Positions 27,668 through 36,800 of a stretch of DNA of 64,000 nt are shown here, one piece after another. The notes under the pieces were generated by a model that worked only from the letters and a program-made list of their open reading frames with translations, was not told the DNA's origin and ran no database searches. The stretch comes from Patescibacteria group bacterium (GTDB taxonomy: Bacteria; Patescibacteriota; Patescibacteriia; 2-12-FULL-57-11): contig SCUL01000002.1 of assembly GCA_004297205.1 (NCBI GenBank), forward strand, positions 316,594-380,593, written 5' to 3'. Position 1 is the stretch's first letter. Every line of letters begins with the position of its first letter. The position numbers and the translations under genes are program-made.

Positions 27668-29005
27668 TTACATCATCTTCTTGCGAATGAACGCCGGGAT
27701 TTCCAAATCTTCTTCGTCCGAGGCGTCGGCACCCTTGCCGGTGAAGACGGTGCGCTCCTCGACCAGCTTCTTGGAGCTGAACTGGCGCTCTTCCTGCTGG
27801 GTCTCCGGTTCCGGTTCTCCGCCTGAGGCGGATCCGCCTCCGGCGGAGGGCTTGGGCGGCGGCGTAGGCGGCATCGGCTGGGGCTGCGGCGCCTGCTGCT
27901 GGAAACGGGCGGCTGCGGCCGTAAACATGCCGGAGGCGCGGGGTTCGACGCGCGGCGGCTCCGGGGCGATGTCTTTGGCCTTCATGAAGGTGGTCGGCGC
28001 GTAGGTGCCGCCGGCGATGCCGGCTTTGAGGCTCGGGGTGGGCGCCTTGGCCTTTTCTTCAAAACCGGTCGCGATGACCGTGATGCGCACGTCTTCTTTG
28101 AGCGAGTCGTCGATGACGGCGCCGAAAATGACTTTGGCGCCCGGATCGGCCGAGCCGGTGATGATCTTCGCGGCCTCGGAGACTTCGTGCATGCCCATGC
28201 TCGGGCCGCCGGTGATCATGAAGAGGATGCCGCGCGCACCCTCGATGGACACTTCAAGAAGCGGCGAGGCGACGGCGGCTTTGGCGGCGTCCACGGCGCG
28301 GTTCTCCCCGCTGCCGTGCCCGATGCCCATGAGCGCCGTGCCCTGGCTCGACATGATGGCTTTCACGTCGGCGAAGTCGACGTTGATGATGCCGGGAACC
28401 GTGATCAATTCGGAAATGCCCTGCACGCCCTGGCGCAGCACGTCATCGACGATCTGGAAGGCGTCCAAAAGCGACGTCTTCTTGTCGATGATCTGCAGCA
28501 CCCGGTCGTTGGGGATGGTGATGATGGTGTCGACGCGCTCGGCCAGGTCCGCGTAGGCCTGCTCCGCGATCTCCCTGCGCTGCGCGCCCTCGAAGGCGAA
28601 CGGCTTGGTGACGACGGCGACGGTCAACGCGCCCAGGTCGCGGGCGATCTCCGCCACGAACGGGCCGGCGCCGGAACCGGTACCGCCGCCCATGCCGCAG
28701 GTGATGAAGACCATGTCCGCGCCTTTGAGGAGCTCGCGGATTTCGTTCTGGCTTTCTTCGGCGGCCTTGCGCCCGAGTTCCGGATCCATGCCGGCGCCGA
28801 GCCCGCGCGTCACGGTTTTGCCGATGTGCAGCTTCACCGGCGCGTGGTTGTAGTGGAGCGCCTGCACGTCCGTGTTGATCGCCACAAATTCCACGCCTTT
28901 GATTTTGGAGGCGATCATGCGGTTGACCGCGCTGCCGCCGGAGCCGCCAACGCCAACCACTTTGATCTTGGCGAATGTTTCGATGTCCGGTTTCACTTCA
29001 GGCAT
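27668..29005 (-). CDS. ftsZ: Cell division protein FtsZ
   Basis: IKVVGVGG, GMGGGTGSG, INVDFADV and C-terminal LEIPAFIRKK motifs. Confidence 0.98.
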   Translation of the reverse strand: MPEVKPDIETFAKIKVVGVGGSGGSAVNRMIASKIKGVEFVAINTDVQALHYNHAPVKLHIGKTVTRGLGAGMDPELGRKAAEESQNEIRELLKGADMVFITCGMGGGTGSGAGPFVAEIARDLGALTVAVVTKPFAFEGAQRREIAEQAYADLAERVDTIITIPNDRVLQIIDKKTSLLDAFQIVDDVLRQGVQGISELITVPGIINVDFADVKAIMSSQGTALMGIGHGSGENRAVDAAKAAVASPLLEVSIEGARGILFMITGGPSMGMHEVSEAAKIITGSADPGAKVIFGAVIDDSLKEDVRITVIATGFEEKAKAPTPSLKAGIAGGTYAPTTFMKAKDIAPEPPRVEPRASGMFTAAAARFQQQAPQPQPMPPTPPPKPSAGGGSASGGEPEPETQQEERQFSSKKLVEERTVFTGKGADASDEEDLEIPAFIRKKMM

Positions 29006-29120
29006 ACCGCAGCGCACGATGATTGAACACGATTTGTGTTCGATTTTCGTCTCTTTTCAGCGGAATTTCCTCCCGACGCCCATACTGTACGAGCGTCGGC
29101 AAGACAACGTCAAGCGATGG

Positions 29121-30377
29121 TCAAGGCAGCAGATGCCCGAACCACTTTTTCATGGATTTGGTGAGCGTGGAAACGGCCGCGACATTGCCCATCATCTTCC
29201 CGAAGCCCTTTGTTTTCCGGCTTTCCTGGAAGTGCGACCCCCAGGAGACGAGGCCGATGGCCGTGGAGAAGGCCAGGTCGTTGACGCGGTCGGTGATGGA
29301 GGTGACGCCGATCGGCAGTCCCATCTGGATCGGCAACCGGAGCTTGCGCTTGGCGACTTCGACGACGCCCGGGAGCTTGGCTCCCCCGCCGGTCAGGATG
29401 ATGCCGGCCGGGAGCAGGCCGCTCCTGCCCACGCGCTTCAGTTCCTTGTCGACTTTCTCGAAAATTTCCTCGGCCCGGGCCTCGATGATCTCGGCCACGT
29501 ACTTGCGGCTGACGGTTTCACTCTCCGCGGCGCCGAATTCCTTGATGTCGACGTCGTCGCGCCGCCCGACTTCCTTGGGGACAGCCGTGCCGTAGCGGAT
29601 CTTAAGCGCTTCGGCGATGTCGATGGAGGTCCGCAGGCCGATGGCGATGTCCGAGGTGACGTGTTCCGAGCCGATCGGCAGCACGATGGTGTGCAGCACG
29701 TCGCCTTCTTCAAAGACGATGACGCTGGTGGTGGAGCCGCCGATGTTGACGACGGCCACGCCGAGCTCTTTCTGGCGCGGCGTGACGACGGCTTCGGCCG
29801 TGGCCAGCACGGACAGCACCAGGTCCTCGATTTCGAGGCCGGTGCGGTAGACGCACTTGGTGATGTTCTTGATCTGGCTCGTGAGCCCCTGGACGATCTC
29901 GGCGTCGACTTCGAGCCGGATGCCGCTCATGCCGACCGGATCCTTGATGCCGGTCTGGCCGTCGACCGTGAAACTCTTGGGAATGACGTGCAAAATCTCG
30001 TAATTGGCGGGGCTGGCCACGGTCCGGGCCGCTTCAATGGCGCGCTCGGCGTCTTCCTCCCGGATTTCGCCGTCCGGGCGGGACACGCCCACCACGCCCT
30101 TGGAGGTCTGGGACAGCACGTGGCTGCCGGAAATACCCACCCAGACGCGTTCAATTTCAAAACCGACCATCCGCTCGGCGCGCTCCAAACAGGCCGAAAC
30201 GGAAGAAACGGCGTCCTCGATGGACGTCACGACGCCTTTGTTGATGCCTTCGGCCGGCACTTCGGCGGCACCGATGATGTGCAGCCCGGCCTTGGCGCCC
30301 TCTGCGGCGCGCTGGCCGACCGCGATCCTGACCGCGGTGGAGCCGATATCGAGTCCGGTGATGAAGTTCTCGGCCAT
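29121..30377 (-). CDS. ftsA: Cell division protein FtsA
   Basis: GLDIGST, PVGMSGIRLEV, VVNIGGSTT and ILTGGGAKL motifs; directly upstream of ftsZ. Confidence 0.97.
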   Translation of the reverse strand: MAENFITGLDIGSTAVRIAVGQRAAEGAKAGLHIIGAAEVPAEGINKGVVTSIEDAVSSVSACLERAERMVGFEIERVWVGISGSHVLSQTSKGVVGVSRPDGEIREEDAERAIEAARTVASPANYEILHVIPKSFTVDGQTGIKDPVGMSGIRLEVDAEIVQGLTSQIKNITKCVYRTGLEIEDLVLSVLATAEAVVTPRQKELGVAVVNIGGSTTSVIVFEEGDVLHTIVLPIGSEHVTSDIAIGLRTSIDIAEALKIRYGTAVPKEVGRRDDVDIKEFGAAESETVSRKYVAEIIEARAEEIFEKVDKELKRVGRSGLLPAGIILTGGGAKLPGVVEVAKRKLRLPIQMGLPIGVTSITDRVNDLAFSTAIGLVSWGSHFQESRKTKGFGKMMGNVAAVSTLTKSMKKWFGHLLP

Positions 30378-30382
30378 AGGGG

Positions 30383-30754
30383 CTACCCGCGGAGGGCGAT
30401 CTGCAGGTACGGCACGAAAATGATGAGTCCGACGGCGGCTGCGCCGAGCGCAGCCACGAGCACGGCGCCGGCCATGGCGTTCTTGACCACTTCGACCTGC
30501 GTCGAGAGGCGCGGCTTGAACAAATCGACCATGTGCTCCACGGCGCTGTTGAGCAATTCTAGCACGAGCACGAACGTCCCAACAAGCAGCACGACGACCA
30601 TTTCCTGGGTCCGAATCCTGAGCCACAGACCGAGGAGCACGGCCGCGACCGCGAGCGCGATCTGGATGCGGAAACTGTGCTCCGTCCGGGCCACGAAGGC
30701 AATCCCCCGGCCGGCATAGGACAGGCTTTTCCCCAACGTCTTCAGCGAGAACAT
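30383..30754 (-). CDS. dgkA: Diacylglycerol/undecaprenol kinase family protein
   Basis: YAGRGI, ELLNSAVEHMVD and KNAMAGAV motifs; next to ybeY. Confidence 0.88.
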   Translation of the reverse strand: MFSLKTLGKSLSYAGRGIAFVARTEHSFRIQIALAVAAVLLGLWLRIRTQEMVVVLLVGTFVLVLELLNSAVEHMVDLFKPRLSTQVEVVKNAMAGAVLVAALGAAAVGLIIFVPYLQIALRG

Positions 30755-31185
30755 AGGCGGGAAACCAGGGATTCCTGAAGGCGGAACATGCGGCGCGCGT
30801 CCGCAGGCTTCACATGATCATGCCCGGCGCAATGCAGCAAGCCGTGCACGAGCACGTCGAACAATTCGTGTTGGAGCGTGATGTCGAGCTGTGCCGCGTC
30901 GCGCTTGGCGTAGGGCAACGAGATAACCACGTCGCCGAAAAAATGCGGCGCGCCCGGAGCAGGAAACGTCCCCTCCCCCGGGAAGGACAGCACATCCGTG
31001 GTCGCGTCCATTTTGCGCGTGCGCTTGTTCAGCGCGCGCATGGCGGCGTCGCCCACGAAGGTCACGGAGACGGCTTGCGGTGCGCGGCGCTTGAGCGCGC
31101 GCATCACCGCATCGACCGCACGGCGAACATCGCGGTCCGACAACCCTCCCCGCGCACGACGTACGATCTCCACCGCGTGCGGCAT
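30742..31185 (-). CDS. ybeY: rRNA maturation RNase YbeY
   Basis: TDVLSFP, GDVVIS and VHGLLHCAGHDH motifs. Confidence 0.95.
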   Translation of the reverse strand: MPHAVEIVRRARGGLSDRDVRRAVDAVMRALKRRAPQAVSVTFVGDAAMRALNKRTRKMDATTDVLSFPGEGTFPAPGAPHFFGDVVISLPYAKRDAAQLDITLQHELFDVLVHGLLHCAGHDHVKPADARRMFRLQESLVSRLCSR

Positions 31186-31190
31186 ATCCG

Positions 31191-32300
31191 CTACGGGGTC
31201 GACGTCGCCGTCGAGGTCGGCGCGGTCGGAGCAGGCGCGGCGGGCGCGGCCACGGCGCGCAGCGAGTTCGCCATCATCTCGTAGGTGCGGCGGAAGGCGG
31301 CCTCAGAGCGGCCGCCGAGCGTGTACGCGAGCACCAGGACGCGGCCCGGCGCGATCGCCACATAGCTCGTGAAGCCGTCCGGGCTGCGCACGCCGGACAG
31401 GCCCGAGCGCGTCGTAAAGGGCTGGATTTGGGAGCGCGGAACGCCGGGCGAACGTTCCAGGTACCACTCGGTCAACGGCAGGTTGTCGACATTGTCCTCG
31501 AGCAGCACCTGCACGAACTCGCCGCTCGCGGCGATCCAAGCCACGGACTGGCTCTCGGGATCAATGACGTTGCGGCGCCAGGCCACGGGCGCGAGCAGGC
31601 TGTAGCCGGGTTCGGTGAACAGCATCACGGACGAGGTGGCCGCGATGAGTTCCGCCCGGGCGCCCGCCGCCGGATCGTACAGGTTGAAAACTTCGGCGCC
31701 GTCGAGGAAGCCGTCGTCGTCGGTGTCCGGACGGTTGGGGTTGGCGCGGTAGAGCAGCTCCTCGAGGTCGGTCAACCCGTCCACGTCGCTGTCGGCGGCC
31801 AGGCGCACCGGGCCGGTCGGCGCCGGGGCGTTGACGTTGGCGTTCTGGTTGGTGTTGGCCGGCGTGCTTGTGGTCACGGCCGGGGTGGAAGTCGTGACGG
31901 CCGGGGTTGAGGTGGCCGGCGCGTTCACGTTGGCGTTGGCATTGCGGTTGACGTTCACGTTCGCCGGACGGTTGGCGTTCACGTTGGCCGGACGGTTGAT
32001 GTTGGCATTGGCAAGCGGCGCGGGCGCGGACGGGGCGCGGCCAAAGAACCACCAGCCGGCAAAGCCGAGGCCTCCCAAGACGACCAGACCGACCACGATG
32101 AACAGCCAGAGCGGCGGCCGAGCGGCTCTGGCCGGGGCCTCGATCGGACTGCGCGGCACGGCGGCCTGCGCGGCGGGACTGAGCGGCGCTTCCTTCCCCG
32201 GCACATATGCCAAAGCCGCGCCGAGGTAGCGCTCGGGCATGGTGACGATCCGCTCTTCCGGATCGACGCTCGGCAGCGGGGGGAGCTTGGGCTCAGCCAT
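31191..32300 (-). CDS. Membrane-anchored surface protein with Asn-rich linker and TSP3-like repeat
   Basis: TM helix; NVNANRP repeats; DSDVDGLTDLEE...PDTDDDGFLDGAEV. Confidence 0.8.
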   Translation of the reverse strand: MAEPKLPPLPSVDPEERIVTMPERYLGAALAYVPGKEAPLSPAAQAAVPRSPIEAPARAARPPLWLFIVVGLVVLGGLGFAGWWFFGRAPSAPAPLANANINRPANVNANRPANVNVNRNANANVNAPATSTPAVTTSTPAVTTSTPANTNQNANVNAPAPTGPVRLAADSDVDGLTDLEELLYRANPNRPDTDDDGFLDGAEVFNLYDPAAGARAELIAATSSVMLFTEPGYSLLAPVAWRRNVIDPESQSVAWIAASGEFVQVLLEDNVDNLPLTEWYLERSPGVPRSQIQPFTTRSGLSGVRSPDGFTSYVAIAPGRVLVLAYTLGGRSEAAFRRTYEMMANSLRAVAAPAAPAPTAPTSTATSTP

Positions 32301-32303
32301 GGA

Positions 32304-33044
32304 TCATGGAGAAACCGTCGTGGTCGACGAGCCCGGGGTGGGCGGCAGGAGACGGCCGGGACCGTTGGGGTCGTAGCCGTTCCTGACTTCGGCGCCGTCC
32401 AGGTAGGTGTCGCCGTCGGTGTCGGCGTTCAACGGATTGGTGCGATAGACGCGCACTTCATCCCAGTCGGACAGCTCGTCGCCGTCGGTGTCGGTCTTGG
32501 TGGGGTCGGTCCCGAGACTGCGCTCTTCTGCGTCGGTCAGCCCGTCGCCGTCCGAGTCGATGATGATCGGACCGTTGACGTTGGCATTGGCGTTGGCGTT
32601 GACGTTCGTGTCCGGCGCGTTGACGTTGGCGTTCTGGTTCGCGTTCAGGTTGGCGTTCACTGCCGGAACATTGGCATTCGCCGCCGGCGCGTTGACGTTG
32701 GCCGCCGGCACGTTGGTGTTTGCGACCGGCGTCGAGATGCGGCGCCAAGTCAGATACGCAGCGGTGCCGATCACGCCGACGATGACCACGCCGATGCCGA
32801 CGAACAGCAGGATGCGCTGGTAGCCCATGCCCGGTTCTTCAAGCGCAGCCAGATCCTGCGGCGCGGGAGGGACGGCCGGACGCTGCACGGGCTTGAGCGG
32901 CGAGGGACCTCTCGCCGGGCTCGGCGCGGACGCGTCGGCGCGAGGCGCGGACGGCCCCGTCCCCGGCGGTGCGGCCGACGGTTCGACCTTGTCGAAGATG
33001 TCGTCCACCGGAAGATTATCTGGCGTATTCTCGAACATAGGCAT
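32304..33044 (-). CDS. Membrane-anchored TSP3-like Ca-binding repeat protein
   Basis: TM helix; NVNA-rich linker; three DxDGDx repeats; NGYDPNGPG. Confidence 0.82.
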   Translation of the reverse strand: MPMFENTPDNLPVDDIFDKVEPSAAPPGTGPSAPRADASAPSPARGPSPLKPVQRPAVPPAPQDLAALEEPGMGYQRILLFVGIGVVIVGVIGTAAYLTWRRISTPVANTNVPAANVNAPAANANVPAVNANLNANQNANVNAPDTNVNANANANVNGPIIIDSDGDGLTDAEERSLGTDPTKTDTDGDELSDWDEVRVYRTNPLNADTDGDTYLDGAEVRNGYDPNGPGRLLPPTPGSSTTTVSP

Positions 33045-33845
33045 TTAGGGAGTGGCCGTCTCGAGCCGGCCCGGACCGAGCGGATTGTAACCGTTCTTCA
33101 CCTCTTCGCCGTCGGAAAAGCCGTCGCCGTCGGTGTCCGCGTTGAGCGGATCCGTCCCCATCTCGATCTCCTGACCGTTGGTCAGGCCGTCGCCGTCCTC
33201 GTCGCCGGAAGCCGGCGGGATGGTCAGCGGTTGCGGCTCTGCCGGCGGGGCGATGTCCGCGAAGAAGGCGTTGCAGTTCACGGCCTGCTCCCCCGAGAGT
33301 TGGGTGCAGCGGTCGGCGCTGGGATATCCGGCGTACACGTCGCCTTCGCAGGCCGCCGCGGCTTCGGCGCCGAGCGCCGCGCAGACGGCCGGGTCTCCTT
33401 GGGCGCGCCCTTGCGCGGTAACGGCGCGCTCCGTGCAGCGGGTGCGGATGCCGTCTTCCCCGATTCTATCACATTGGCTTGGATCCGCCGCGGCTTCGGC
33501 CGCCGCGCCCACGCACAAATCACGCGCCTGAGCGTCGCCGATGTCGCCGCACCGCGCCGCGTCCTTGGCGGCCACGGCTTCGGCGTATCGTTCGGCATCG
33601 CTGCACGCTTCGGCGCTTTCCCGTTCGGCGCAGCCGCGGGACACGGGCACCGGCTCCTCCCCTTCCGGAGCGGGCGTTTCGCCCTCGGGAGCCGATCCGT
33701 TTGACGGTCGGTTCGAGGCGCTCTGGCCGCCCGGCTGTTCGGACGCGGGCGCCGTGGCGCGCATCCGCCAGACGAGCAACCCGCCCACGACAAGAGCCAG
33801 GACGAGCACGCCGGCACCGATGGCGATGATCATGCGTCGCGACAT
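33045..33845 (-). CDS. Membrane-anchored protein with Cys-helical repeats and TSP3-like repeat
   Basis: D...C..I....RD.C repeats; [12 protein letters not shown]...DTDGDG. Confidence 0.82.
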   Translation of the reverse strand: MSRRMIIAIGAGVLVLALVVGGLLVWRMRATAPASEQPGGQSASNRPSNGSAPEGETPAPEGEEPVPVSRGCAERESAEACSDAERYAEAVAAKDAARCGDIGDAQARDLCVGAAAEAAADPSQCDRIGEDGIRTRCTERAVTAQGRAQGDPAVCAALGAEAAAACEGDVYAGYPSADRCTQLSGEQAVNCNAFFADIAPPAEPQPLTIPPASGDEDGDGLTNGQEIEMGTDPLNADTDGDGFSDGEEVKNGYNPLGPGRLETATP

Positions 33846-33848
33846 AGG

Positions 33849-36800
33849 TCAGGGGAAGAATCCGCCGCCAAAACCGCCGCCCGGCACAGGGGAACTGCCC
33901 GACGGAATGCAGCTGTCAGCCACGCAGATGAACCCGGCGCGGCACGAGACCGAGCAGCGGATGAAGCCGCCGCCCGATGCGGACGTCCGGCAGGCAGGAT
34001 AACTGGGTTCAAGCCGGGCGCAGGTGCACGAGCCGCCGGAGACCACGACGTCTTCAAGGTCTGAGCACCCGCCGCCGCCGGTGTCGGGAATCGGACACGG
34101 GCGCGCGTCGAGGCGGCAGCGTCCGTCCACGCAGGTGCGCGCCGGATCGTCGCACGTTCCTCCGCCGGAGCCGCCCGGGGGCGACCCGCCCGGCGGAACA
34201 CCGACGGCACCGCCCTCTTCGTCGACGACGACGCCGTCGCCGTCCGTGGGGTCGGCGGGGGCTGCGGGGCTGCGCGACGGCACGCAGGCGAACCCTCCGG
34301 GAGGAGGAGGCGGCGGGTCGCCGTAGACGAGCGGGCAGGCGTTGAAGCGTACGGCGCTGACCCGGATCTGGACGCCCGCGCCGGCATCAATGCGCAGCGG
34401 CAGAAGCTGCGGCGTGCGGCTGCAAGTGATGCTGCCGAGGGGCACCGTGGCCGAGCGGCGGATCGTGATCGGACCCGTGCTGACGGGAGCCGTCGCGCCG
34501 ACGGGGGGGCCGACGGTGATCGTCCCCGCGACGACGGCGCTCGTGACTGCCGTGCCGATGGCGCTGCCGATGTCGACCGAGGCGTCGAGCGTGGTGGCCA
34601 CGAAACGGTTCGCGGACGGGGCGATCGACTCCATGGCGCGAATGCAGCCGTACCAGTCGTCGATCATCGAAAAACGACCGGCCGCGCACATCTCCTGGAC
34701 GGAGCCGAATTCGCTGAGATACGTCTCGTCTTCCGCCACGCGCAGCGTGAAATTCCGGTACCGGGGGCCGACGGCTCCGACGGGCGTGCTGTGGGTACGC
34801 TCGTGGTTTTCGCAGCCTTCCGGCGCGCAGCTGGAACCGCGGGAGAAGAAATGGTCGTCGGACTGCAAACCGTCGGACACCAGGATGACGATGCGCTGTT
34901 CCGCCCCGTCGGCATCGAGGATGGCCGTGGCGCGCTCCATCGCGGCCTTGCCCGGCGAGACGTCCCTACCGCTTCCCGACGTGATCATGCGCAGCCCCTG
35001 GACGGTGGTCTTCAACTCCTCACGGCCGATGGCGTTCAGAACGACCAATTCCGGTGCGCCGGTCAACGCGGTCAGGGTCCGAACGTTCCCCTCGTACCGG
35101 CTCCCCTGGTAGAGGATCGGTCCCGACGGGTTGGCGTTCAGGCCGCCGAAGGCCAGGATGCCCATCTTCAAGTCGGTCACCGACCCGGGGAACGAATTGT
35201 AAATCTGGTCGATCACGCCGTCGGCGCCGGCAACCACGTTCTTGGCGATGTCGAAGCGGGACGGCGTGCCGCCGGTGCCGTTCGGCAGGAGGCCCATGCT
35301 GCGCGAGACGTCGAACACCAACAGGACCGAGGTCCGGCGGCCGACGGTGCCCACCGGGGTCAGGTCGGCCACAATCTGCATGTCCGTGTCGATCGTCGAC
35401 GCGCCCGTCTGGCAGGCCGGAATCACCAGGTCGTGCGTCACCGCGCCGCTGTCGACGACGGCCTCGCCCAGCGTGCGGTCGGAGATGAAGCCGCCGGGGC
35501 TGTGCGGCTGGAGCCGGATTTCGAGCTGCGAGAACGTCGGCGGGCAGGCCTGGCGGCAGTCGCCGGAGCAGTGCGTGTCGCGCGTCGCTCCTTCCACGCA
35601 GGAGACGTCGTTCGGTTCGCACAGTTCGTACGGCCGTTCGACGACGCCGTTGCCGCAGTAACCGCCGGAGACCGAGATGCCGCGGCAGACGTTGGTGCAG
35701 AAGTTGCAGGAGCGGCCGTAGGCGCAGGAGGCGCGGGCCCGGGCGATCGACGAGGGGTTGGAGGCGTCGATGTTGTCGGCGCCGCTGTCGCACTCTTCGC
35801 CGGCCGGATTGACGATGCGGTCGCCGCAGACGTTGCGCACGCAGGTGTTCAGGCAGCCGTCGTTCTGGTTGCGGTTGCCGTCGTCGCACTCTTCGCCGGC
35901 CTCGCGCTGGACGACGCCGTCGCCGCAGCTCGAAACGACCGAGCAGGCGCTCCAGGCGCCGAAGCCGGTGCAGGCGGCCACGCAGGTGCGGGAGCGACGC
36001 ATTTCGCGGCCGTCCGGATCCGTGCCGCAGACTTCGCTTTCGGTCTGGCCCGGTTCGCAGATTTCCCCGTAAGAGATTTCACCGTCGCCGCAGTACGGAC
36101 CGAAGTTGCGGCAGTCAGGAGCGCAGCTCGCCGCCCGCGAGGCGTTGTAGCGGGTCGTGCCCAAGCAGGCGGACCCGTCGGCGCAGCCGCCGGCGCCGCC
36201 GAAGTTGCACGTCGCGCCGGAGCCTGCGCAGCGTCCGCCGAGATCACAGACTTCCCCGGCCTGGCGGTTGCCGTCGCCGCAGTGCGGGCCCAAGCCCGTG
36301 CAGAGTCCGTTGCAGCGGCCATAGGTGTTGTTCAGCGAGCCGTCGTCGCAGGCCTCGGGCGGCGAAAGAATCCCGTCGCCGCAGCGCGCCGGAGCGCAGC
36401 TGCCGTAGGTCTTGGTGCAGGTGTCGGAGCACGTCCAGCGCATGCCGCCGGCGCCGCCCGCAATCGTGCACGCCTCGACCCCGGTGTCGCCGATTTCGCA
36501 CTGCTCGCCCGGTCCGATCGAGCCGTCGCCGCAGACGCCGTCCGAGGCGCTGAGGAGCCCCTCGTCGGTGGCGCGCGCCTGGCAGACGTCCTGGAGGCGG
36601 AAGACGTTCAGGATGCCGGTTTCCGGATGGCTGACCGGTTCGACCGGATCGGCCCAGTTCAGGACACGGCAGGTGCCGCCCGTACAGTCGGCATCCTGGC
36701 TGCAGAGCCGGTTGGGATCGGTCGAGCAGAAACGCAGTTCGAACTCGGCGCCGAACTCGAAGCCCCGGCCGCGCTTGCGATACTCGTAGATGCGCGATCC

